DNA of 64,000 bases from Blepharisma stoltei ATCC 30299 (lineage: Eukaryota; Protista; Ciliophora). Position 1 is the stretch's first letter. Each line of letters opens with the position of its first letter. The stretch covers positions 124,001-188,000 of the forward strand of contig CBFDEM010000024.1 of assembly GCA_965603825.1 (NCBI GenBank). The letters are read 5' to 3'. The position numbers and the translations under genes were made by a program. The notes beneath the pieces are model-generated. The model searched no databases and was not told the DNA's origin. It saw only the letters and a list, made by a program, of their open reading frames with translations. Shown here one piece after another: positions 1 to 10,546 of the stretch.

Positions 1-2
1 AT

Positions 3-965
3 CCAATAAGGATCAAAAGTAAAAATGATGAAAAATTCTCAGTTATTTATGGTAAATGCGGAATTGAAGAAATTGTGAAATACAACGAAAACGATTTTAC
101 CTTCTATTTTAATGAATATTGTGCTGATGGGCCTGATATCTGAATTCTTGGCTATGATCCTGAAAAAGTTTATGAATTCGAAATTAGCATTGATTTTATA
201 GGAATGTTTATCATGCTTTCGAAAGAGTTCCGACTGACTGTTGTTAGTATGGCTGCTAGTATTGGCATTATATTAACATTTCCCTCAAAATTAAGATGGA
301 TTCTTCTAGCAAGTATTGCAGGATTATTGTATTTGGCTAGCTGCACTTTAAGAGTTTATGGATTTTTAGGGTGGGATCACGTGCACAATCCACATCAGCA
401 TTTAGGAATAATTGATGTTGCTTTCATTATGGCAACTGGATATGGAATAGCAATAATTATGGCATTCAACTATGTCACTTTAATTGATTTTTCTTATTTT
501 GTCTGCAAAAAAGTGCCTCAGAAACATCTCTTAAAGTCCTATTATCTTGCAGTACTCATCCTTATTTTCCCTTGAATTACAGTTTTAATCTTGACAGTTA
601 TATGTTTTGCTTTAAATAAATCAAAGTCTGTAACTAAAGGAATTCTTTTCCCAAGCTTCTTATTATTATTCCTTACTATTTCTCAGCAAATCAGCTGATA
701 CCTAAACCTTGTGACTTTTTCTTACGTAGAAATTTTAAACCTATATGATGGATTCAATATCCTTTGCTATTTATCTCTACTTTTTGCTATAACTTACACA
801 AATAAAACAATTAAGCCACATAAGGCAGACGTTTTAATAGCGTTTTATATGGCGTGCTGTGGACAAGATCTATTATACAGAACAAACTTCTCCTTAAGTC
901 TGCACTGTTTAGGACTTGGCTTAAGAATTTACCTGTCGAAGACAAAAGAAAGAGAGGAAGATTAA
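3..965 (+). CDS. Multi-pass membrane protein, 5'-truncated by the window edge (ORFs 204-575 and 711-965 joined through UGA=Trp)
   Basis: A single frame is open from position 3 to TAA at 963-965 when three TGA are read as Trp. About 7 hydrophobic segments. Family not recognised. Confidence 0.7.
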
Positions 966-1008
966 TTTAATTTAAATGAAATTAAATCAATAAATAAGTA
1001 ATAAAAAT

Positions 1009-1163
1009 TAGCTGTTAGCACGAGAGCTTCCATGGCAGTCCCACCCAATTACTAGCCCCATGGCAGTCCCACCAAATTACTAGCCCCATGGCAGTCCCAC
1101 CCAATTACTAGCCTCACTTTATACCGTTTAATCTCAGAGTTCAGATGGGATCTGGCACTTTAG
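1009..1163 (-). pseudogene. Degenerate, 5'-truncated 5S rRNA copy with an internal 28-bp triplication
   Basis: After collapsing the repeat, the minus strand reads CCAGATCCCATCTGAACTCTGAGATTAAACGGTATAAAGTGAGGCTAGTAATTGGGTGGGACTGCCATGGAAGCTCTCGTGCTAACAGCTA, then ATTTTT. This is colinear with eukaryotic/ciliate 5S (GATCCCAT-CGAACTC-GAAGTTAAGC...TTAGTACT-GG-TGGGGGACC...GGGAAG...GTG-TGACAGC) plus a Pol III T-run. Confidence 0.8.
1031..1113 (+). repeat. 28-bp tandem repeat x3 (CATGGCAGTCCCACCCAATTACTAGCCC)
   Basis: Units at 1031-1058, 1059-1086 and 1087-1113, nearly identical (one substitution in unit 2). Confidence 0.95.
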
Positions 1164-1244
1164 ATTTTAATCCATTTTTTATAAATACTATCTAATTAAA
1201 TATTTAATTAACACTTAATTTAATCATATACATTACTAACTAAA

Positions 1245-2594
1245 TTAGGTAGGTCTGGTTTCTTTCAATGCTAATGAAGAAGCACTTGCTAGCACAAATC
1301 CAACAAGCGACAGCCAAAGTGCTCCAATTGGCCCTGTTGAGTTAATAAGATAGCCTATCACAATAGGGGCAATAATCCCTGCCACCTTTGAAGTGCCCAT
1401 AAGCCATCCTGTCGATAAGCACCTTATGTGCGTATTAAAACTCTCAGGAGTTGCTGCACTTAACGTCGCGAAACCGACGTTGCTCATCATATTGTTGATC
1501 CCTGACATAATCAAAATGATCCAAAACCCTGAGGAATACATGATTGGGAATAAAGTGATAGCTGTAAATAAAAATCCCAAAGCTATTGTGTAAACTCTTC
1601 CGAAAACTGTGTCCATCAGTTCATATGAAATGACCATCCCTGGCATACTGCAGCAACTTTGGAACAAAATTACGATATATATTTGATGCTCAGAAATGTT
1701 TGGCAGCAATTCTGGCATAAAATATGTGAGACTGGTAGTTGCAATTGAAGAAAAAATGTAAATTGCTGAGAGAAAAATGGTTGCTCTTTTGTTGTGATGA
1801 TTGAATAGCTCTTTTAAAGTAGGAGGCTTGTCAGTGACTTCTTCTGAGCTAATTGAATTCTCAAGCATTGGAGTGTCCATCACATTATCGCAATCTGACT
1901 TCCCATTGATCTGGGCGATGTGAAATAATACAGTGGCCAGTTTTTTATCCTCGTAATGATCACAGAGATACATTGGAGTCTCCATGAGATAGATCCTCAT
2001 GATCATAAGAATTAGAGCGATAATCAAACTGTATGACAAAACAATACCTAAAGATGGAATATCAAAAATTGATATTTGTGTAGTTAGAAGGCCAATTCCA
2101 AAAGTCGTAATTGAGCCTATGCTGCAAGCACAGTTCATAATCCCTAGCTTGCATCTCTTACTGGGAGGAAAGCTTTCAAAAGCTATAGAATTAGCTAAGA
2201 CCATGTCTGATCCAGTTCCTACTCCAACTAAGAAAAGTCCAATCTTAAGTAGCATCCATTCTGTGTCTACAATGGTCAAAGTAATCCCAATTATGGTAAT
2301 AATATCTCCATACAGGAACAGCCACTTCCTTCCAAACCGATTTGAAAAATATCCAAACCCATAGCACCCTATCACATTTCCGAGCTGCATTATGCTTGGG
2401 AGGATCCCGATGTTCCTGTCTGGGTGGTTTTCTTTGCTGTCCATCATAATGACAGCGACTGAGGCTCTGGTGCTCGTTTGAAGAATTAATGTCTATATAA
2501 ATCCTACCACAAAGCAAGTCCAAAATACATAGATTTGATATTTGCCCCATCCCATGCTTTCCAGAATCCTGTTGATTTTGTTCCTCTTACCCAT
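1245..2594 (-). CDS. MFS transporter (SV2/sugar-porter-like), 2 exons
   Basis: MGKRNKINRILESMGWGKYQ start; 15-nt intron 2493-2507 joins it in frame to ORF 1245-2447. MFS motifs GYFSNRFGRK, ESFPPSKR, PESFNTHIR, LKET. Confidence 0.9.
2493..2507 (-). other. 15-nt spliceosomal intron GTAGGATTTATATAG
   Basis: GT-AG, A at -6; removal deletes an in-frame TAG and fuses the MFS exons. Confidence 0.88.
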
Positions 2595-3389
2595 CAGATA
2601 ATCAAATTTATGTCGGTAAATTACCAGCTATATTAAAAAATCCATTGAAATATAAAAATAAGCTCTATTTTATTGCTTAATCTTAATAAATAAAGAAGTG
2701 CCTAAGATAATTTTAAGAGTGGGGAATTTTTAAATTTTCTTTATTTAGGAAAATGAAATTTTTGGTATAGAGATATTTCATAGTCTGTCTCGAGCTTTTT
2801 TGAAGGCCTCAATTTGTGTGTGAATACTTTTGTTGGAGTGTCCAATAATTATTTCTGACTACCTGAATTGTTTTTTTAGTAGTTGGCTAATATTTCATAT
2901 TTAATAGATGCTATTTCAAATTCATCCAACAACTATATGAAATTTGTAAAGTAGCCAACTATGTAAGCCTTCAGCTGTCTTTAGCCAGCCTATGAGTTAC
3001 CAATTCAAATTGTAGGCTTGCTCAGATAAGAAGGTCAGGCGTATCCCATACTTTTTTCTTGTTAGCTCCATGATATGGGCGAAAAGCTTACCACCAGGTG
3101 AACTAAATTGAGCCCATGTTATAATCGCTTAGCCAACAAAGAAACAATTTCCACTCTAATTATATAACAAGTCGATTATTCAGGAAATTATATTATTTTC
3201 CTCATATGAATTTTTATTTTATTTTCTTTAATAAGAATCCGCAACATTTTAAAATCCTGCTCATTTAAAGCTACTTTGAAAAATTAAATTTAAATATTTT
3301 TATAATTACCTCAAGGTATTTAGATAGCCTTATTCTTTTCTTGATGAGCTAGAGAGTGCAAAACCTTAAACAATGAGTGGATAAAATAA

Positions 3390-3755
3390 ATGGAGTACTC
3401 AGTCAAAAAGGGCAATATCTTTTCTCTTCTCGATGATGACACAGAAGAGACCCCTAAAGCAAAGCTAGGGGCAAAAAAAGGACCCTCTAACTCTGAAAAG
3501 CAGACTAGTCAAGCTTCAAAGTCAGAAACCCAATCAAAGTAGGCTAAGGATACCAAGAAAAGCCCATCCCAGCCAAAACCACAACAGCCGATAGCTCCAA
3601 TTCCAGCTTCCAAAGATCCAAAATCCAAGAAAAGGGTAAGCGAGAAGCACCTAGTGACGAAAAAACAAAGACAATCCTACCGAGGCAAAGATGCCAAAAA
3701 GGGAGGCATAGCCTCCTAATTTCGCAGACGCAAAAGCTTTCCTGCTTTAGCTTAA
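3390..3755 (+). pseudogene. SERBP1/Stm1-like pseudogene (copy 1 of tandem array)
   Basis: ATG 3390 (MEYSVKKGNIFSLL). CAG>TAG at 3540-3542 relative to copy 2. A ~430-bp internal deletion joins AAGGGAGGC to AGCCTCCTAATTT. Confidence 0.8.
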
Positions 3756-3900
3756 AATTGGAATGTCTCAAAAATGATTTGAGTGCTAACGATAAAACCA
3801 TTGAATAGGCATTTTAAAAGGGACTGTTAGATTCAAGCCCTGCTATAATTAAAATCTAAATGGGTGCAAAAATCTCGAATTTATGATGGCTATAAAAAAT

Positions 3901-4725
3901 ATGTTTTGGGGTACTGTATTAACCGAGACCAAACCTCTATTAAGAGGTAATATCTTTGCTCTTCTCGATAATGAAGATACAGAAGAGGCTCCTAAAGCAA
4001 AGCCTGAGGCAAAAAAGGGAGCTTCTAACTCTGAAAAGCAGACTGGCCAAGCTTCAAAGTCAGAAACCCAATCAAAGCAGGCTAAGGATACCAAGAAAGT
4101 CTCATCCCAGCCAAAACCACAACAGCCGATAGCTCCAATTCCAGCTTCCAAAGAGTCCAAAACCATAGAAAAGGGCAGGCGAGAAGCACCTAGTGACGAC
4201 AGAAAACAAAAACAAGCCTACCGAGGCAAAGATGCCAAAAAGGGAGGCGCAGGTGGACATAATTGGGGAAAGCCTACAGATTTACCACAAGAAGAGCCTA
4301 AAGAAGAAGTTGAAGCCAAGCCAGAAGATGAAGGCAAAAAGGAAGAAGCCACAGTAGAAGAAGCTGTTGAAGAGAAGCCAAAAGAAAACTTCATCACTTT
4401 AGATGAGTATTTTGGCACTGCAAAGCCAGAGGACGAAGAAAAAACTGAGGAAGCCCCAAAGGACGAGTATTTGCGCTTTAGAATTAACAAAGGAATCCGG
4501 CGCAAGCAAGGCGGGTATAATAAAAAAGGCGAAGGAGAGCAAGAACAAGGAAAAGGAGAAAGAGGAGAGAGAAAAGAGAGACAAGAAAGAGGAGAGAGAA
4601 AAGAAAGAGGAGAAAGGGGAGAAAGAGCTGAAAGAGGAGAAAAAAGGGAATATAAAGGACAAAGAAAGAATGCCCCACAGCCTCCTAATTTCTCAGACGC
4701 AAATGCTTTTCCTGCTTTGGCTTAA
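3901..4725 (+). CDS. SERBP1/Stm1 (HABP4/PAI-RBP1)-like RNA/ribosome-binding protein, copy 2
   Basis: NIFALL, KKGGAGGHNWG, ITLDEY and C-terminal DANAFPALA motifs. Start is either 3883 or 3901 (MFWG, A-rich context). Confidence 0.8.
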   Translation: MFWGTVLTETKPLLRGNIFALLDNEDTEEAPKAKPEAKKGASNSEKQTGQASKSETQSKQAKDTKKVSSQPKPQQPIAPIPASKESKTIEKGRREAPSDDRKQKQAYRGKDAKKGGAGGHNWGKPTDLPQEEPKEEVEAKPEDEGKKEEATVEEAVEEKPKENFITLDEYFGTAKPEDEEKTEEAPKDEYLRFRINKGIRRKQGGYNKKGEGEQEQGKGERGERKERQERGERKERGERGERAERGEKREYKGQRKNAPQPPNFSDANAFPALA

Positions 4726-4896
4726 AACGGGAATTTCTCAAATAATTTAAATATTGTTGAGATGATTAAAATGATTTGTAATGCTAAGGATAAAACAATT
4801 GAATAGGCCTGTTAAATTGGAGTATTAGATTCAAGCCATGATATGACAAAATCTAAATGGTGCAAGATACAAGAATTTATGATGGCTATAAAAAAT

Positions 4897-5697
4897 ATGT
4901 TTTGGGGTACTGTTATAACCGAGCACAAGGTTAGAAGTGGTAATATCTTTTCTCTTCTCGATGATGATACAGAAGAAGCTTCTAAAACAAAGCCTGAGGC
5001 AAAAAAAGGAACTTTTAACTCTGAAAAGCAGACTGGCCAAGCTTCAAAGTCAGAAATCCATTCAAAGCAAGCTAAGGATACCAAGAAAACCCCATCCCAG
5101 CCAAAACCACAACAGCCGATAGCTCCAATTCCAGATTCCAAAGAGTCCAAAACCATAGAAAAGAGCAGGCGAGAAGCACCTAGTGATGACAGAAAACAAA
5201 GACAAGCCTACCGAGGCAAAGATGCCAAAAAGGAAGGCGCAGGTGGGCATAATTGGGGAAAGCCTACAGATTTACCACAAGAAGAGCCTAAAGAAGAAGT
5301 TGAAGCCAAGCCTGAAGATGAAGGCAAAAAGGAAGAAGTCACAGCAGAAGAAGCTGTTGAAGAGAAGCCAAAAGAAAACTTCATCACTTTAGATGAGTAT
5401 TTTGGCACTGCAAAGCAAGAGGAAGAAGAAAAAACTGAGGAAGCCCCAAAGGACGAGTATTTGCGCTTTAGAATTAACAAAGGAATCCGGCGCAAGCAAG
5501 GCGGGTATAATAAAAAAGGCGAAGGAGAGCAAGAACAAGGAAAAGGAGAAAGAGGAGAGAGAAAAGAAAGAGGAGAAAGGGGAGAAAGGGGAGAAAGAGC
5601 TGAAAGAGGAGAAAAAAGGGAATATAAAGGACAAAGAAAAAATGCTCCACCTCCTCCTAACTTCGCAGACGCAAATGCTTTTCCTGCTTTGGCTTAA
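4897..5697 (+). CDS. SERBP1/Stm1-like protein, copy 3
   Basis: Near-identical to copy 2 with the same motifs. Start 4879 or 4897. Confidence 0.8.
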   Translation: MFWGTVITEHKVRSGNIFSLLDDDTEEASKTKPEAKKGTFNSEKQTGQASKSEIHSKQAKDTKKTPSQPKPQQPIAPIPDSKESKTIEKSRREAPSDDRKQRQAYRGKDAKKEGAGGHNWGKPTDLPQEEPKEEVEAKPEDEGKKEEVTAEEAVEEKPKENFITLDEYFGTAKQEEEEKTEEAPKDEYLRFRINKGIRRKQGGYNKKGEGEQEQGKGERGERKERGERGERGERAERGEKREYKGQRKNAPPPPNFADANAFPALA

Positions 5698-5869
5698 AAC
5701 GGGAATTTCTCAAATAATTTAAATATTGTTGAGATGATTAAAAGGATTTACAATGCTAAGGACAAAATGATTGAATATGCTTTTTCAAAAGGACTGTTAG
5801 ATTCAAGCCCTCCTTAACTAAAATCTAAATGGGGGCAAAAATCAAGAATTTATGATGGCTATAAAAAAT

Positions 5870-6772
5870 ATGTTTTGGGCTACTTCTTTAAAGCAAGGCA
5901 GCAACTATACCCTAAAGCCAAAAGTAGTAAAAAGTAATCTTCTTCACATTTCCCAATGTATTCTTCATCCAAATGGGCCTGAAGGACTTAACACAATCTT
6001 TGTTACTATTGAAGATAAAAAATATCCAGTTGCAAATCTAGATAAGAAATCATCAGACTCTACCCAACTCAATCTGTATTTTGAGGCTGAGTCTTCACCT
6101 GTTTTTTCTCTTCAAGGACCTGGCGAAGTCTCTCTATTAGGTTATTTCGAGCCAGAAAGCAGCCAAAAAAGTAATGAAGAATCTGATGAGGAAGAAGAAG
6201 TAAGTGAGGAAGAGAGTGAAAGTGAAAGCGAAAAAGAAAAGCCTAAACCAAATGATGGTCAAAAGAAAGATAAAATTCAAGAAAAGCCTCAAAATCAAGC
6301 AAAACCTAAAGCTCAAGCTAAGGTTGAGTCTTCTAGTGAAGAAAGTGAGAGCGAGGAGAGTGAAGAAGAAAAAGAAAGTGATGAGGAAAAGGATAGTGAT
6401 AAAGAAAAAGATAGCGATGAGGAAAGCAGTGAAACTGAACAAGAGCTGCCAAAAAAGAGAGAAGGAGGCCCAACATCTGCAGGAAAACCGCAAAAGCAAG
6501 CGAAAGGGCAAGAAGTAAAGGCTCAGCCTCAAAAGCAGCAGCAAAAGACACCTCAAAAGCAAGAAAACCAACAAAAACAGCAAACTCCTCAGCAAAAGCA
6601 GCAAAAGCAGCAAACTCCTAATCAAAAGCAGACTCCTCAACAAAAACAAGCTCCTCAGCAAAAACAGCAAACTCCTCAGCAAAAGCAGCAAACGCCTAAA
6701 CAGTCAACTCCTGCTGCTAAATCAGTAGAAAAAAGCGGTCAAAAAACAAATGAAAAATCTGGGAAAAAATAA
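5870..6772 (+). CDS. Nucleoplasmin-like (NPL) domain histone chaperone with acidic tracts and Q/K-rich repeats
   Basis: MFW start, LHISQCIL, QLNLYF and GPGEVSLLGY NPL-domain motifs; E/S/D acidic stretches; QQKQQTP repeats. Alternative start 5852. Confidence 0.8.
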   Translation: MFWATSLKQGSNYTLKPKVVKSNLLHISQCILHPNGPEGLNTIFVTIEDKKYPVANLDKKSSDSTQLNLYFEAESSPVFSLQGPGEVSLLGYFEPESSQKSNEESDEEEEVSEEESESESEKEKPKPNDGQKKDKIQEKPQNQAKPKAQAKVESSSEESESEESEEEKESDEEKDSDKEKDSDEESSETEQELPKKREGGPTSAGKPQKQAKGQEVKAQPQKQQQKTPQKQENQQKQQTPQQKQQKQQTPNQKQTPQQKQAPQQKQQTPQQKQQTPKQSTPAAKSVEKSGQKTNEKSGKK

Positions 6773-6882
6773 AAATAAGCTGATTTTCGTTAATTATCCT
6801 TTCATTTTTAAATTAAACTATAATATTATTCATATTTTAGATAAATATATCTATTTAAATAAAGTTTTAATAATTACTGCAT

Positions 6883-8031
6883 TTACCTATAGGATGCTAA
6901 ATACTTAATAATTGTAGAAACACCACTAAGTCCTACAGATAATGCTGAATCTTGCCATTCTTTACTACTTGGGCAGAAATTCTCAAGAATTTCTTTTTTA
7001 GTTCGATGGCTTAAATAATAATCGGTATTAATGCCTTGAATTTCTTTTCTTGAAAAATCTTCTATCCATAGCTGTTGATTATGCCAAATAGCTTCATTTC
7101 TTACAGCTAAATAAGATTTATAAATAGGTGTTGTTCCAATTTCAAAAGTCAACGCAAGCCATTTTGCCTCAGTTTTTTGCGCAAGCTTCAAGCCTGATAT
7201 CAGCGCTCCGTCAACTTCTCCTCCTAAAATCGTATTAAAACTGACCCTTTTTTTCCCAAAAATTTCTATAGCAGCTTTATTAGACTCTTCATCAGCTACC
7301 ACAAATGTTTCTTTTCCTTTTTCGCCTAGTCCTGTATGTAGATCTATATGATAAACCAATTCAGAATCCTTTGGTAAAAGTTTGTCTATTTCAGCTTTAA
7401 AAGATCTATGTTCAAGATCCATAGATTTCCCAGCGAATTGGGCACCTCTCTGTTTAAATCTTTGTCCAGATAGCATTGCGAAGTTAAATTTGCTTTTTCC
7501 GTATTTCCAAAAATAATACCCAATTCTAAGCAAATCAGCTGCACCTAATAGAGGGAAAGATTGAGGGTTAATAATTTCATCAATATCTCGATAAATTTTT
7601 TGGGCCTCAATATGCCTAGGATCAGTTTTATATTTTTCCAAAATTTCTGGGAAGTTTGAGATGAAGTTTCTGCCCAAGTCAACATTGTTGATATTGACTC
7701 TTCTAAGTCAAGCTGATCCTCATGGATTTAGGGCATGAGCCATTATAATTCCTACATCAGTTGGAAGAATATATTTTTCGTCAGAAATCCCCTGTAATAG
7801 ATGCGATTGGACTGCGCTGCCAAAGAAGAGCTCAAGCCCATGCACTCCACTTGTGAGGAGAAGTCATTTTTTTGGGGGTGAATTTTTATAAATTTTGATA
7901 AAATCAGTGCTTACAGGTTTGCCAGAAGGATCACTGTAAGGGAGTTCATAGCTTGATCTTTGAATAGTCAAAGGAAGTTTGCTAGAGGAATTTAGGAAGA
8001 GTTCTCTGCATTTTTGATAGGAACGATTCAT
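6883..8031 (-). CDS. M14-like zinc carboxypeptidase of DUF2817 type
   Basis: With UGA=Trp the frame opens from ATG 8031: TSGVHGLE (HxxE), HALNPWGSAWLRRVNINNVDLGRNF, IDLHTGLG, LTFEIGT. Confidence 0.85.
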
Positions 8032-8244
8032 TGAATTTATTAGATATCATCTTTCGTAATAAATTCAACATAAAATAATATCAATAAATGGCTACTAGCT
8101 TTAAATGCGCATTTTTGATATTAAGAGTGAATTTATAAGTTAATTAATTTATTAGCTATGATATTTCTAGAACTATAAAAATCCTAATCAAAGTGCCTAT
8201 ATTTTCAAATAAAGAATTTATAAAAGATTTTTCTTTATGTGTAT

Positions 8245-10335
8245 CTAGCATGGCGAATCTAAAAAGTCTTCGTACTGATCACCTTCCAGATCAGGCAAAT
8301 CTGGGACGTTGACTGAAAGCTGTTTATTAGTTCGCATTTTGAAAGAATTTTTAAGAAATATTTCTCTAAATCTCATATATTCGGGCAGTACAGCTGTACT
8401 TTCTTCTGGCTCATCATTGCTTTCTTCTTGGATTAAGTCTAATTGTGAGGTATTTCCATTAAAATCTTTTTCAATATACAATTTTTCTGCTTTCTCTCTG
8501 ATTGACTCTCTTTTGAATTTCGGCTCACTCTTTCCACTTATATTTTGAAGTGAGAAATCCTGCAATATATTTGCACTTTTTCGTTTTCTTTCTATCTTTC
8601 TCCTAATTTTATCATTTAAATTTACAAATTTTCCTCATTTGTGTTTTTCTTTGTTAGCCATAAACACAACAATGTCACGGTCAATCTGAAATCGATATAG
8701 CTCACAATCTCTAGCTATGTGTCCTGACTTTGAGCATAAATAGCATTTTATTCCTAGAGCTGAGAGGTCTTCTTCGCATTCTTTTACTAAGAGCTCCGTA
8801 ATTTCTTTTTCATTGGGCCGCGATATGAACATTCTTATCATTGATAATCGGCTTAAGCTTAGTAGCTCACTATATGCCAAGCATCTTGCTGAAGCACTTC
8901 TTGTAGAATCCAAAAAAAAAGAAATTTCTCCAAAATATTTGCCTTTTTTTAACTGTTTAAAAGCTGTCATAGTGGCTTCATGGTAGATTTCAACAATTCC
9001 ACTCTGAATGAAATAGACATCATTGCTCATTTCTCCTTCTTTAATAATTAAATCGCTAGGAGCATGAACCTTAATCGTTAGATTTCTTCCTAAAGTCCTT
9101 AAAAATGATGGAGGATATATTCCAAATGGTGGACAGTCAGTCAAAGATTGGCCACGGGTTTGAATATAAACTTCATCACGCAGCTGAGAGCTGAGGCAGC
9201 TAAGAATCTGATCGTCATTAAAATTATTTTTGCTGCTTTTTCTTAAATAGATGATATATTGGGTTATTTTGCTTCTGAGTAGCTTTGGAATATCTTTTTT
9301 GTACATAAATTTTCGCAGTTGATTGTCTATTCTTTCCCAATATTTGTATTCAGCAGTTTGTTTTCCGATTACTGTTTGAATGCTTCCTATTAAAAAGCCG
9401 AACAAAAAGCATTCAAAAAACATTGTTGTCATTGCGTTTACCATTTGTAAATCAGAGATTATGAAATAGCTTCCAAAGCCGCAAGAAGTCATCGTTAAAG
9501 CTGCATAATAAAGCATGAATAAATATCTATCCCCAACATTAACTTTATACATAGAATACAGATCTCCATAACGTAACAGCGCATCTTCGTAAAAAATATT
9601 TGTTATGCAACTTATTCAATGAGCCCATAATATCGCTACCAATAAAAACTTAAGAATCTGTATAATAGCCACAAACCGCGGGCTTGATAAAGAGTCCTCA
9701 ACCAAATATATTATCTTCTTCATCTTCGCAAGTCTCACAAGTTTAAGCAACCATATATAATTTAAAACATCATATCTTGTAATATCCTTTAAATGAACCC
9801 CTTCAATAGGCATATAAGACAGCTTATATAAGTACATAAAATTAGGGGAAAAAGTAATAACATCCAAAATAAATCAGCTCTTCACATAATTCCATATTAT
9901 GGATTTTCTGTCAATAATGTACGCTCCATAAATATAGTAAGCTGTGTTGATTTGAACTAAAATATCCAAAAAATATAAAATTTCTGTTGCTAGCACAGTG
10001 CTGAGCACAGCACTGCTGGGTGTTGGATTGAATGACAAAATAAAAGGAATTATTATGCATTGATAAGCTGTAATTGCCAGTATTAAAACGTCCCAAAAAA
10101 CTCTTAAAAAGTTGTCAGGGTCGAACGCTTTGATTAGCTGTCCTTTCTTCGCAGCTTTCCTTGCCTCTTTAAGGTGAAAAAAATTCTCAAGTTTTCTTTT
10201 TCTTTCCCGTTTGGTGATTTTCACAGACTTTCTCTCATATTGTTTGATTAGTTTCAAGTGATTTAAAATGGAAAGCATAGGTCATGATCTAGTAACATTT
10301 GGGCTTGTTTCTCTTGTGTAATTATTTTCTTTCAT
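8245..10335 (-). CDS. 6TM cyclic-nucleotide-binding-domain cation (K+-type) channel with C-terminal CCHC knuckle
   Basis: Four supplied ORFs share one frame, separated only by TGA (696 aa). FDPDNFLRVFWD, S4 LLKLVRLAK, pore TMTSCGFGS, CNBD YFGEISF...RSASA, CYLCSKSGHIARDC. Confidence 0.9.
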
Positions 10336-10546
10336 TTATTACATTTAAATTATGTCAAGGACAAGTTTTGAGTCTATACGTATGGAGCATAAATAAATGA
10401 GAGGGCAGAATATAATATATATAATTTATTAATAGTGTTATAAGGTTAGATTTTGAAAAAATTAGGGGAGAAAAATGTCTATAGAAAAGGCAGTAATCTG
10501 GTACTGATAATTATTGTGCGAATTATGAGAATTTTAGCAGGTAAAT

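Larger units (their letters stand above)
3410..5880 (+). repeat. ~1-kb tandem duplication, three copies (SERBP1-like gene + 3' flank + ATGATGGCTATAAAAAATATGTTTTGGG)
   Basis: Near-identical blocks at ~3410-3910 (internally deleted), ~3945-4910 and ~4935-5880. Confidence 0.9.

Noticed and set aside
1031-1113. 28-bp repeats as a CRISPR array
   Set aside because: No spacers (head-to-tail units), no cas genes, eukaryotic context, and the unit lies inside a 5S-derived sequence.
2750-3180. Moderately GC-richer intergenic stretch, possible decayed gene on the minus strand
   Set aside because: The frames I read are interrupted by TAA/TAG, and no motif or usable tiny intron was recognised.
3544-6691. 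Antisense and alternative-frame ORFs over the SERBP1-like and NPL genes
   Set aside because: Shadow ORFs of low-complexity purine-rich coding sequence (poly-L/F/S translations).
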